Shown here piece after piece: positions 14,898-32,300 of a stretch of 64,000 nucleotides of DNA. The DNA is from Blastocystis sp. Blastoise (lineage: Eukaryota > Protista > Bigyra: Opalinata): positions 744,001 through 808,000 of the forward strand of contig JBBPEB010000029.1 of the NCBI GenBank assembly GCA_039096225.1, in the 5' to 3' direction. Within the stretch, counting starts at the first letter, position 1. The number at the start of each line of letters is the position of its first letter. The translations under genes and the position numbers were made by a program. Under the pieces are notes generated by a model. That model did no database searches and was not told where the DNA came from. It saw nothing but the letters and a program-made list of their open reading frames with translations.

Positions 14898-15202
14898 TAT
14901 ATGATAATAATAGTAAACATTATTTTTATTTTTGTATTTTTGTTTAGAAATACTATATTATTTATAAATCATAATAACAAATATTTTTCTTAATATAAAA
15001 AAAAATAACAAATACTTAAAACTTGCATGTATAAACAGAAACAAAACAACTTTTATACACGGTGTAATTGAAAACTATTAATTAATTAATTAAAAAAAAG
15101 AAGCAAAAACTGATACATAAATAATATATATATATATATATATATATAGAAAGTCGATATATCAATATAATATAACATAAAATACAAGATAATACTATAA
15201 TT

Positions 15203-16995
<1,793 letters not shown>

Positions 16996-17366
16996 TATCT
17001 AAAAAAACAGCTATACATGATATAATTTATACAAATTACGTATTATTAACGTTAATTTAATGAATCACGTTGCTTTAAAAATACAGATTTTTGAAGATAT
17101 TTTATTGAATTAAAAAACATGATTTTCTTAATCAACAAAGTAAATTTCTGAAAATAATCGTGTTTTTTATTTAATGGATGACTTTTCTGAAAATAACTGA
17201 AAATAGATCAGTTAATACAATAAAGAAATTCTAGAAAAGTATGAAGGATAATTGATTCGTGTTGAATCGTGGTTATTGATTGATATTCGCCTATTTTTTG
17301 AACTTGTTTTCTTCCTTTTTTTTGTTAAATTTATTTTTTAATTCTTTTACTATCAATAATATAATA
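16996..17366. promoter_or_regulatory. Bidirectional promoter region ARP10/RPN5
   Basis: Divergent ATGs ~370 bp apart; three CTGAAAAT copies and two AATCGTG motif-like sites. Confidence 0.55.
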
Positions 17367-19185
17367 ATGGAAACCAAACAGAGCCATTTAGAGCAAGTCA
17401 AATCATTAAATCAAGATATTGATACTTATATTGAACAAAGCAAACAACTTTTAGCCGAAGATAAATTTCAAGATGCTATCGATGGATTACTTTTATTGGA
17501 AAAAAGAGCTAGAATACTTATTGAGCCTGAAGTTACAAGTCGTATAACTCATTATATTGTAGAATTATATCATGAAAAGAAGACAATTACTGATGTTTGT
17601 AGTATTATGGTCATGCTTTCTAAAAGAAGATCTCAACATGATGATGTAATTCATAATTTAGTAAAACAAGGAACTGAAATATTAGATTCATTAGAAGGAG
17701 ATGATAGCTTTAAATTAATTAATACACTTCTTGATATATCAGAAGGAAAAGTATATTATTATTTATGTTTAATTTTATTTATTAGTGTGTTTTATTTGTA
17801 TTATAGTTATAAATATGAATATAATAATTATATATATATATATATGTATAGATGACTATAGAAAATGAACGTACTCATTTAGTATTACGATTAGTAGCTA
17901 TGAAAGAGTCCCACGGGGATATTCAAGGTGCTGCTACGACATCTCAAGAAATATCCGTGGAAATATGTAATACTCTTTCTCCAAGAGAAAAAGCAGAATT
18001 CTTATTAGAACAAATTCGTTTAAGTCAAATTACAGGTGATTATTTCCGTGTTCCTATATATATAAATAAAATGAATTTTAATACTTTAAGTGAAGATAAT
18101 ATGGAAGTATATATATAATAATATATAATATATAATATATAATATATAATATATAATATATAATATATAATATATAATATATAATATATAATAGTATATA
18201 ATATAATATATATATATATAGGATTTAAAGGAGAAATATTTAGATTTATGTATAACTCAGCATGTATATGATAATGATATATTTGCTTTATATATTGATT
18301 ATGAGAGATTATTAAGTTTACCTATATATGAATTATCTGTAAATGATACAGATGAAGAAAGAGAATGTAAAGAAAAAGAAAGAGCTAAAATTGTTAGTTA
18401 TTTATGTTTATTAATTATATTAACTAAATATAATGCTGATGAAATTAATATATTATATAAATTATTAGATACTTATAAGAAAACATTAGAATATATTCCT
18501 ATTTATAATGATTTATTGATATTATTTAAGAATGAAGAGTTGATTCCTTCTCCTCTTCCTCAATATCAACAATATATTCATCATTCATTATTTACATATC
18601 CTTTATTACTATTATTATATATATGTATATATATTATATATTATATATTATTTTATTATTATTATATATATTAATAGTGTTCATAAAGTTTTTCTTAATT
18701 ATATTTTAATGAAAAGAAATTTGAATCACGTGCTGAAGAATGGAAAGAACTTCTTATTACTAGAACTATTCAACATAATATACGTATATTATCTAAAATC
18801 TTTACACGTGGCCGTTTATCTCGATTTGCTGAATTATTATCATTAACTGAAGAAGAAACACAATCCTATATAACAGAATTAGTAGAAGACAATATCATTA
18901 ATTTAAAGATTAATCAATTAACTGGAATTATTGAATTTATGACTGATAAAACAAACGATGTTCTCTTAAATGAATGGTCTTGTATATATATATTAATAAC
19001 TTATTATAAAAATAATATATATATCTATGATTAACATATATATATATTTTTCTATAATAATAATAAAATAATTCTAAAGCCTCTATATATCTATCTATCT
19101 AGCAAATACTAAAGAAATAATGAGTTTAATTGGAAAAACATCACTTTTAATCGAAAAAGAAAATTTATTACATTCTTCTATGTAA
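17367..19185 (+). CDS. RPN5: 26S proteasome lid subunit Rpn5 (PSMD12)
   Basis: 5 exons. LLLLEKRAR, LSKRRSQ, ISEGKMTIENER, EFLLEQIRL and the PCI segment TRTIQHNIRILSKIFTR..LNEWS. The third intron is non-canonical. Confidence 0.92.
18118..18192. repeat. (AATAT)n pentanucleotide repeat in an RPN5 intron
   Basis: ~15 tandem copies visible. Confidence 0.9.
18596..18709 (+). other. U12-type intron with probable AT-AA termini in RPN5
   Basis: 5' ATATCCTTT in phase 2; branch-like TTTCTTAAT at 18691-18699. The in-frame 3' end nearest the usual distance is TTTTAA at 18709, giving HHSLFT-EKKFESRAEEW. No nearby GT-AG pair restores the frame. Confidence 0.75.
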
Positions 19186-20350
19186 TTATATTCTATTATT
19201 ATATCTATTTATAATTTCATTTTTTTAACAATTAATTATATAATTATTTCTTTTTTAAATAAATTATGTTTTTTTTTTAGTTAATTATATTTTAACGATA
19301 AAAATTAAAATAAAAAAATCACAACAATATAAACTAAACACTATTTTTTTTTGTTGTAAACAATTATATTTGATAAAAGATATAACAATGCAATATATAT
19401 ATATATAAACAATAAAATAAATAAATATAATGATATAGTTAATCAAATAATTATTAAACAATAAACCAGAACCAGAACCAAAAATATTATTTAACAAAAA
19501 TATCATTATATAAAAATAAATAAATAATATATATATATATATACAGTCGATAAAAATATATATATAAATTATATATATATATATATTACAACCAGAACCA
19601 AAGTAATATATATAAATATAAATAAATACATATATATATAAATTAATTTTATATAATAACCAGAACCAATAAAATTATATAAAAATCAATTTAAATATAG
19701 ACTAGTAAATAAAAATAAAACTTATTATAAATGTTATTTTATCAATTATAAAATATAAACATATAAAAATTGGATATATATATAAAGTTTAGAAAACAAT
19801 AGGGTATAGATATATATAAAAAAATATAAATTAATAAAAAAATAAAAAAAGTTAAAAGATTAATGATGATAAATAGATGTAAAAAAAAAAATAATTGTAA
19901 ATATATATATATATGTTATATATTTTCATAATGAAAAAAATATCATATATATATTATATTTATATATTACAATTTATTATTATAAAAAAGCAAATTAATT
20001 ATATAAGCAATTATATATAAAAATATTACTTAAAAATAAGATAGATTTATGCAATAAGAAAACAAATATATATATAAATAAATATATAAATAAAAAAATA
20101 AATGTAAAAACTAAAATTAAATTAAAAATAATATATAGATATATTATTCTAAATTAATTTTCACTATTAGTATAATAGTACAATTATAGAATATAATTTT
20201 ATATATATATAAAAATATATATATAATTAAGAAAATAAAAAAGAGAAAAATAAAAAGTGAAAATTATAAAAAATAAAATATATAAATAAAAAATTAAAAT
20301 ATATAAATAAAAAATTAAAATATATTAATAAAAAAAAAATATAATTATGT

Positions 20351-23300
20351 TTATAATGTAGAGTTAATACTTAAAGTAGATTGAGTTCTAGTTCTACGAA
20401 TGCCTTTTAATTTCTTTTCCCATATTCTAGCACAATTTTGTATATTAATATCTTTAATATATAATTTTCTAGCTTTATGTACAGGTGTATAAGCATCTAA
20501 ATCATAAGCTATAGTTAAGGCTTTTTCATTAGGTAAGAAATTATTTAATATAATACAACAATTTGTAATAATAACTCTATTAAATGAACAATTATTCATA
20601 GATTGTAAAATAGTCTTAAATGCATTATTTTCTATTAAAATATCAATTAATGAAGGATACATACTCATATTCTTAATAATTTCAACACCACAATTTTGAA
20701 CCATAGCATTTCTTGGATAATGAGATAATAAATAAATAATTTCTTCTATTCCTTTTTCATTTAATATAGATTGACATACTTGTTCATTATTATCAGATAA
20801 TTTAGAGAATACAGATAAACCATGAATAATAGATTCAATATTATCATTATTACATTTAATAATTTCTATTAATAAAGTAATAATACCATTTTCTATTAAT
20901 ATAGGTTTACAATTATCATTTGATGCTAATCCATATAATGTATCTAAACAACCTTGAGAAGCTTTAGAAATATCTTCTTGTTTATTATTCTTTAATAATA
21001 ATTTAAATGCATCAAATATAATAGGTATTTCATTAGTATTAAATTGACCATCTTTAGGTAAATATAATAATATAGAATATAAAGCAATAGATGAATTACT
21101 AATTAATTCTACATTATTATTACTATTTTGTAACATATCTACTAATAAAGATATAATATTTTGTTGAATTAAATAATTTCTAGATTCTTCAATACTAGAT
21201 AATGATTTAATTAATAAACATAATGAACTTAATATATCTATATTATTATCATATTTATTATAAATAGTCATAAGATTATCTAAACCACCACAAGCAATAA
21301 AATTATCAACATTTTGATTTGTATTATCTATTAATCTAGCTAATACATTTAATGATGATTTTACTATAATAATATCATCATTAAACGATTGTAAATCATG
21401 TATAGCTATTTCTATACCACCTTCAAAACCAATTTGTTCTTTTAATTCACGTTTTTGACCTAATAATTCTAATATTTGTAAAGCATGATATTGAATAACT
21501 TTTTCTTTTTGGAATTTTCTCATTGAATTTGTAATACAATCAACACCATAATTACTAATAGCTAATCTACCATCTACATCTTGTACTAATTTCTTTAATG
21601 ATAATAAACAATTAGTAATAATAGCACTATCATTATTATATTCATTAGTACAATTAATAAGATATTTAATAGTATCAGCGTCATGTATAGCTTCTCTTGT
21701 TTTAGGTGTTAAACATAAATAACTAATAATTGCTAATGATATTAAAGTTAAACGACGATCTTTATAACTAAATATATTTAAGACTTCTTCAATAATTTGT
21801 GGTTGTGATATTTTTAATAATAAATTAGCATCATTTGAAGCAGATTTACATAAAGCACTTAATGCAGTAATACACATAAATACAATTTCATCACGAACAT
21901 CAATATCTAATGTATTAGCAGCATTCATTAATTTACGTATAGGTTTAACATCATCAAATGTTATAATACTAAAACCTATTTCTTTAGTAGCAAATAATCT
22001 TCTTAATAAACTACCAGCAGTTTTTAATATATCAGGATAATCAACAAATTTATATATACCATCATATATAATTCTACTATTATTATTTTCAGCAAATTGA
22101 TTTAATGATAATTCTAATTCATTACTAAATGTATATAATAATATACATATATTATAGAATAAATCTTTATTATCATTAAATTGTTTCATACATTGAATAG
22201 AACGTGTAACAGCATTTTCTTGTATACATAATTTCATTAATTCATTATTTTTACTAATATTTGATAATATTTCTATAGTATAAGTAATAAATTCTTCATT
22301 AGTATTATATATATCTAATATAGTAGAAAGATAAGGAATAATACATTCAATTTCATTATCAGTAATAAATTGATTCATTTCTGACATTCTATCTATAATA
22401 TGTATCATAATTTCAATAATATCTTTATCATTTATATATAATTCTAATAATGATTTAAATAATGTATAGAATTTATTATTTAATAAACAATCAACAGTAG
22501 TATCACTTAATATATATATAATATTTAATAATGCTTTAATAACAAATTTATCATTAATATATTTATCTAATAAAACAGTTAATGAATCATATATAGAAGA
22601 TTCTTTCATAACTAAGAATGCATGATCATCACTATTTTCTAATACTACTAATAATATTTCTAAATATTTAATAAATTGTTTATTATCTAAATTTGTATTT
22701 GTCATAAAACTAATAAATAATGGATATTCTTTTTCATTAAATAAATAAGCTTGTATATCAATATTAGAAGTACATGAATCTAATATATCAAATGATAAAC
22801 TAGTAACATCATGAGAAACATTATTATGTATAGTTGATAATAATGTATAAATACCATTATTTTCAGCTACTTTATCAATAGCATAACTATCTTCATATTC
22901 ATTCTTTTCAACACAAATATGTATCATTTCTAATATATTATAATAAATAACAGGATTAATAGTTTCTTCTTTATTTGATTCAATAGCATTTAATGTTTCA
23001 AATAATTTACCAAATAAATTAGCATTATAAAATAATGTATTAATACTATTATCTTGACAAATAGCTAATAATATATCAGTACATGATGAAATAATATCAA
23101 TATCTATAGGTTTACTATATATAATTAAACAATCACTAATATATGTTAAAATATCAAATTTATTAACTAAATCACTTAAATCTTCTGGTATATGTATATA
23201 ACAAGTAATACTTTGAATAATATCATTTTGAATAGAACGAATATTTTTATATTGATCAATAATAGATAATACATTAGTAAATAATTCACTTGATAATATA

Positions 23301-26300
23301 TAATTATGTAATGAATTACGTCTAGATAAAGATAATGCTAATTTACTACCTAAATCTAAACATATTTGTGTATTTACATTATGTATATAATCAAATAATG
23401 TAGTTAATAAATTTTGTGATACATAACGAGCAGCTGAATCTAATGTACATAAATTATTTGTTAATTTTAATAATATAATTAAATATTCTTCTTGATCACC
23501 ATAAGTAGTTAAAGATGTTTTCATTAATTGAGTTATACCAACATTATATAATGATGATAAATTTTCAGAAGTCATAGAAGATACATAGAATGTATTTAAT
23601 AATAATGTATAGAAATTAGAAGGCATTTTATTAATTTTAGTATATTCTCTTAATGTACCATAAATATCATCTTTAGATATAGTTAATGTAATATTAATAT
23701 TATTAGTTAATAATATAATTAATTCTAACATATCATGCATAAATTCATATTGTGTATAAGTATTATCTAATAAAGATAATAATGATTCTATTATACTTTC
23801 TCTAATTAATTGAGTAGCAAATTTAAATATACTATTCGGTAATTGACTATCTTCTAAGAAATGATTAAATTTACCTTCACAACATAAATTACATAATGAA
23901 TATAATAATGAATGAATAATATCTATATTTTTATTTTTTAATATAATTTGCATACAAGAGATTACTTTATGTTCTAATAATAATTTAATTAAATCACTAC
24001 GTTGACAATAAACATCAATAAATTCAATAAATTTAATATGTATATTTTCATTAGTAGATAATTTATTAAATGCAATAATTAATGAATCAATGACTAAACC
24101 ATCTTTTATTTGTAAAGCAAATTCATCATTATTATTATCTAATATATATAATTCATGTAATTTTAATAATCTATAAAATTCAAATGATTCTTTTATTAAA
24201 TTATAATTATCAGGATAATGTTGAATACAATTTAATATATTATCTGTTAATAATTGTTGATAATCTTCATCATTATGTAATACATATAAATAAGGAATAG
24301 AAGCACCTATAACTAAATAACAGAAATCAGGTTTACTTAAATTACCTGAAAATATACTAAAATATTCATCAATAGCATTACTTTCACATAATACTTTAAG
24401 ACATTTATCTTCCATATTATTATTATTATTAGTATTATCATCATCATTATTATTATTCTTATTCTTATTATTATGTTCTTGATCATATAAAGTACAATAA
24501 CGTTTACCAAACCAATATAAAGGTTGATATATATATACTAATATTTCTGTATCTTCATGATATATACTACTTGTTCTTATTAATTGTTTAATATGACCTT
24601 GTTCTAATAAAGATATATAAATTTCATCATCTTGACATAATAAAGATATAATATTACAATATAATTTTACTATAGGAATTTCATGTATATATTCTTTATA
24701 ACATTTTACTAATGATAAACAAACATTTTCTACAATTAATTTATTTATAGTTTTTTGTGATACAATATATTCTATACGTTTAAATATTTCATAAATAAAT
24801 TCTTTTTCTTTAATATATTTATCTAATAATTGTGATAATAATAAATAACTATTATTTTTATTACTATTTATATTATCTTTATCATTTGATTCAATACCAC
24901 CTAAAACTAATATAATATAACTTTCTATCTTATAATTATCTATATATATATGACAAATATTCATTAATAATTCATAGAATATATCAATATTAATATTTTG
25001 TATATATAATTCATTAGTTTGTAAATAATAACATAATTTAAGTGATTGATATATATATTGATCATTATTTATATAATTAACCATTCCTTCAATAAGTATT
25101 TGTATAATATTATGACATAATAAATAATTACATATATTTGATGAAGAACATAAACAATTAAAGAATTTCAAACAAACTATACTTAATTCTATATCTTGTA
25201 AACTATTAATAAAATAATCAAATATTCTATTAATATAATTATTATCAATATATATAGATTGTATAGTATTATCATAATTAACTAAATATTGTAAAGAATC
25301 AATACTATTTAATATACAATCTCTATCATTTACAGAACATAATATAGTATATAATAATAAATAAGATTGTTTTTCTATATGTAATTTAGCTGTATTATTA
25401 GCTAAACAAGTATCAACAGTAAATAATAATATACTATTTAATACTTTAGAATTATCAATATATAATTGTAAATTCTTTTGAATAATATCAACAATATTAG
25501 TATTCATTAATATATCTTGTACAAAAGTATCATCAGATTTAATAATAGATTTAAATATATAAGAAATATTATATATAAATATATCATGAGAAATACCTTG
25601 TTGAATTAATAATTCTTTATCAAAATTATAATATTCAACTAATAATTCAATACTATTTGTATTTCTAAATTCATTAATAGTATCATCATTTTTAATTAAT
25701 AAAGCTAAAGCAGCAATACCTTGATCAATATGATTATATACATTACATTCTTTCAAATAATTACATATACGTGTAATACTATTATATTCAATTATTTGTT
25801 GATAATATTCTTCTTTTTCAGAATAATAATGAATAATATTCATAAAATTATTATGACAATAATCATTAGTATTATATAAATCACATGCTTCAACCATAGA
25901 TTTTAATAATAATAAACTATCTTCATATTCTAAGGGTTCACATTGCCATATAATATTACCAAATAACATAGAACAATTTTCTACTATACCTTGATTATTT
26001 AAATATGTATTAAATACATATAATACTTTATTAATAGCATAACATTGTTTATAATATATATAATTTTCTTGTCTATATAATGAAATTAATATATTCAAAC
26101 AACCAATACATATTTGTTCATTATCTATATGATTATCTAATATATCACATATATCTATAACTAATTTATTATTAATACAAGAAATAATAACATTTTCTTT
26201 AATTGATTGAACTTGTAATATAGTTATAACTAATTGTATTATAGAAGATAATACATTATCATCAGTATTATGATTTCTACATATATCTATTATTAATAAT

Positions 26301-29300
26301 ATAATATTCTTAGTTAATAAATATTCTATAACATCATAATTATCAGTTGATAATAAATTTAATACTAAACTACATTGTATTTGTATATCACTTTCTAATA
26401 AATATTTGACTTGTAATTCATTAATAAATTGATATATTTTATATGTATATATTAATGTAGATATATAAGATTCAGTTGGAAGAGTATTAGTTTCTTGAAT
26501 ATTTTCTTTAGTATCTTTATTAATATTTTCTTTATTATCTTCAACAATAGTAGTATTTTCACTATTTTCATTATTTTCAGTAATATTTTCTTTGGCATCT
26601 TCAACAATAGTATTATTCTCATTAATTGTTTCATCAGCAACAACATTTTCATTAGCAACAACATTTTCTTCATTAATAACAACATTACTATTATTGTCAA
26701 CAACATTTTCTTCATTTTCAACAACATTATTATTATCAACAGCAACAACATTATTATTATCAACAATAATATTTTCTTTATTATTACAAATATAATAACA
26801 AATAGTTAAATAACTATAAATAATTTCATGAATTTCACTATACATTAATGATAATTTTTGAATAAATTCAAATAAATGATTATTCATAATCCATGAACTA
26901 TCTAATTCATTACGTTCTAATAAGAATTGAATCATACCCAATAAATGTCTAACAGAATCTTGACTTAATTGACTTACTTGTATTGCAGAGAATAACATAT
27001 CTAAACCATTATATTTCTTAAATAATTCTGGTATATTATTATCATATTTTGATAATAAATAATATAATAATGATGATGCACTTGATAATATAGAATCATT
27101 TTGATATTTTATACATAAATTAATCATTAATTGTATAGTATTTTCTGTTAATAAATAATCTTTTAGTTTACCATAAGCTAAATATGCCCAATATATAGTA
27201 CATATATTAGTAACAATTTCTTGATTTTCTTGATAATTTATTAAACAACTAAATAATGTTTCTGTATTATTTAATATATCAAATTGTGCTAATCCTTTTA
27301 TTTCATTACATAAATTACTTATACTATAACTACAATATAATATAATATCTTCATTATCATAATATTTATTAACTATATCTATTAATAAACTAATAGTATC
27401 TTTTGATCTAAAATCATCACGTGATTGTGGTTTTTCTTTTGTTAAACGTGATATTAATTGTATACTTTCTCTTAATACATCTATATTATCTTTATGTTGT
27501 ATTAAAGTTGATACAATAGGTTCAATACAATTATTTTCTATAATATTATCTATTAATTCATTTTTACTTGTTATTTCATATAATATTTTACATGATAATA
27601 TTTGTACTTCAGAATTATTATTATAATTAACCATCATCCATATAATTGGTGATATACATATAACTAATCTTTCTTTAGTAATATCTGATGGTGATATTAT
27701 ATATAATACTTTTAATGCTAATAAAGATATATCTATTATTTTACCATAAGTATTAATAATTTCATTTAATATTTTTATTATATCACTCTCACTAAATGAT
27801 TTCATATTATTTTTATTATTACCTAATTCTTCAAATAAATATAAACAACTTTTCACTACTTCTTGATTATTCTTATGATAAGATATACTATTTAATATTT
27901 CTATAATAACATCATTACCTTGTTCTTCTTGCCATTCAATAGAATATTGACATAATATTGTTAATATATTACATATTATTTTATGTATACCATTTTTATT
28001 ATATATACGTATAATTTGTAAAAATAAATCTATATTCTTTTTATCATTTAATATAATATTACATAAATTAATATCAATTTCTATAAATATATATAAATCT
28101 TTACATGCCATTAAACTAACATTATAATCTTGTTTATAATTTAAATTAATTATAACTAATAATTTTGATATTATATCATTATCTATATAATATTGATATA
28201 TACAATCTATTTTATATGTTTGATATATAAATAATAAATAATAAGGTAATATATCTATATTATTAGCATATATATTATATAAATCTAATACAATAGATAA
28301 TAAATTAGGATATAATTCTATTATTTCTTGATTAAATATAATAGATAATGTAGATAATAAACTAATAGCACTTAATATAATATTAGTATTTGATTTATGT
28401 TTTTCTATTATATTTAATATTATATCTAATGATACTTTATTCATAAATATATTAATATATTTTTCATCTATATTAACTAAATTATAATAACATTTACATA
28501 TATTTTCTTGAATAATAACATTATCAGAATATTGTATTAATATATTCTTTAATAATAAAATACCTTCTTTATTTTCTATTAATTCACCAACTTCTATACA
28601 TATTAAATTATTTATACATATAGAGCAAGACTCTTGTATATGTTCATTATTAATAAATTGTTTCATTGTATCTAATAATATTTCTATTCCTTGATAATTT
28701 ATTATATGTGGTTTTATTTCATCTATTCTTGTATATTTTTCTAATATTTTTGAACCATTTTCACATATATCTTCATTATTTAATTTCATACTATTTAATA
28801 TAGTTATTATACCACCAAATTCTGCTATTTGTAAGAAATTTTCATTATCTTTTAATGCATTAAATAATATATTACTATATAATTGTATTAATATATTTGT
28901 ATCATTATTTTCCATAATATAAACAATTAATTGTATAATATTACAACTTATATATATTCTTCTATCAGGATCACAAGGTAATAATTCTATTAATAAATGT
29001 AATCCTTCAATACATATATTACTATTATCATTAATATAATTAGATAATACTAAACAAGTAGTATTAATTAATGATGAAGAAGTAAATTTATTTATTGTTT
29101 CTGGACATATTATACTTAAATAAAAACAGAATGAATTATAAACCATATCTTTTTCATTAGATAATTCTATTAAACTATTATTTACTAATGTAATCATTTT
29201 CATATTAACATATTTTTCTTTTATTTCAACAGATACAACTAATTTAGTTAATATCATTAATACTTTACATAATAATATATTTTTAGAATATAAAGTAAAT

Positions 29301-32300
29301 AAATGTATTAATATATCACTTATATTAATTTCATTTAATTTATCTATTACATTATCAATATCAATAACATTATAAATAATATTTAATAATGGTATAATTA
29401 ATTTATTTTTCTTTTCATATATAGTTAATGTATTATTAAATAAATCTATTATATTAATATTTTCATAATTAACTAATGCTTCTTTACATGGTATATATAT
29501 ACTTATAGAATCTAACATTTTTAATAAGAATTTTATTAATTTTTCTTCATTTATATATTTATTCCATATTTGTAATAAATAAGGTATACCATTTAATTCA
29601 GTAAATTGTATATTAGCTTGTTCTTGTTTATCAATAGTATTAGATAATACTACTAATAATGGTGTCATAACATCTATATTATCTAATAAATTAGATAATA
29701 TATTAACTAATATTGTTAATATATTTTGATCTAATAAATATAAATTCATACCATCTAAAATAAAGAAATAAGATATAGTATATAAACCAATACTACATAT
29801 ATTACTATCATTAGTATATAAACTAATAGATTTTAATATTTCTGGTATACTATTAGTATTTTTAATTTCATTAATAGCTAATTCTAATTTACAAAAAGAA
29901 GATAATGTACATAATATATTATATATACATTCTTTATTATCATTAAATAATGGTAAATCTTTTAATAATATACCTAAATATTTAGTATCATATAATAATG
30001 ATATAATATCATCACCATAAATACATAATTGTTTAATAATTTCAATACCAACAAAATGTATTAATAAATTATTATTATATTTTTGTAACATATTATATAA
30101 TACTTGAATACCATCAATATTCATAAACCAATTAAAACATGACTCATTATATAAACAATGTAATAAAATACATATTAATTTATATTGTGTATCACTATTA
30201 TAAGTATTTACTTCTAATGAATGTACAATAAATTCAACAATATTTTCATTATTAATTTCTATATGATCAATATCTATTTTAATTGTACTATATATAGCAT
30301 TTATTATACATTCACATATTTCTTTATTATCTATATAAGGTAATAATAATGTTATTAATATTTGTGAAGTCATTTTTCCTTTTATTAAAGTAATTTGATC
30401 ATTATTAATAATATAATTAAATAATATAGGTATAAATTGTATAATAGGTATACAATTATTAATATCTTTTGTTTCAGGTTGATTAATAAATAAATCTAAT
30501 ATATTATATAATTGTATTATCATATTATTATCTATATATAATGATAATACATTATTATTATTTTTCATAGAATTTAATATAATATAACAATATTTATGTA
30601 TATATTTTAATTGATTTGGTTTTAATTGTTTTAATTTATATTCTTCATCTTTTAATTGTTGATATTTCATTATAGTAAATAATATATTAAATACATTATT
30701 ATTTAAATAATATTCACTACATTTATCATTATTTATAAATATAGTTAAGAAATTTAAAAATACACGAATAACAAATAATGTATCTATATGATTCATTATT
30801 ATTATAATATTATGTAATATAGTATTATTTGAAGGAGTATTATTTGTAGTTTCAATAGTATTATTAGTAGTTTCGTTAGTATTATCAGTATTTTCAATAG
30901 TATTATTATTATTATCATTATTATCATTATTATTTTCAATAGTATTACTAGTAGCTTCTTTATGTTCATCAGTACTATTATTATCTTCATTATTATCAAC
31001 AACATTATCATTAACATTAACATTATTATTTTCAACAACATTTTCATTAACATTATTTTCATCACCATTAACATTAACATTAATATTACTTTCAAAGAAT
31101 TTATCAACAAATGATTTTTCTTTTCGAATAGATACAAATATATCTAATATACTATATATAATTTCATTATTATATTCTTCTTTTTCTACTAATATATTAA
31201 TAATATTAAATAATTTAGTATAATATTTTTCTTCAGAAATAATAGATTGATATTGAATATCTTCACTTAATCCATAAATACATTGTAATATATAAGGTAA
31301 TAATATAAAATTATATTGATATTTATCAATTAATTCAAATAATATTTCTATAACATTTTGATTTCTTAAACGATTACGAACAACTTCTTTTGTTATAAAA
31401 TATTTTAATACAATAGAACCACTATTAACTATAGGTATATTATCATTATATTTATGTATAGAAGATAATATAATAGTAGATACATCAAATGATGATAATA
31501 ATTCTAATGTTTCATAAGATGTAACTAAATAAGCAAATATAGATATAATAGCTTCTTGTATAATAATATTATTTTCATATAATCTAAATGTATTTACAAT
31601 ACCCATAACTAAATCATTATCTAATAATGAATCTTTTGTTAATGATAATTGTGCACATACTGATAATATATCACATATCTTTTCTTGTATTTCTTCATCA
31701 TTACTATAATTTATTAAAGATTCTTTACTTATTTTCACTATTTCTATATCTTTTATTATATTTTCTATATTTTTATTTCTTAATATAGTATGAATAATAG
31801 TAAATCCTTTATATATTAAATCACGTTGTAAAGGTATTAATTTTATTATAACAATAATAATAGGTAAATAATTCAAATTTGCCATTAATATACCATTTTC
31901 ATCACAATATAATAATGAATATATTAATTGTAAACTAATAAAATATATATTTTGATCATTTTGATCTTCTTTAAATACTTTAACTAATTCTTCAAATATA
32001 TTAATTTCTTTAAATATAGTATGTGATTCTTCATAATTACTTATATTTAATAATATATTTAATCCTGATAATAATATATTTGTATTATTAGGATTACGGC
32101 CAATAATAAATGATATATTAGATATCATTTTATTTTCTATTAATTGATTACATATATTAATATCATGTATACTATTAATTAAGTTATATATTATATTCAA
32201 TATATATTCTTGTATATCAATATTCTTTAAATAATTTTGTGATATTATACATAATATTGGTATAATATTAGATTCTAACATATTATTTTTAATTTTATCT

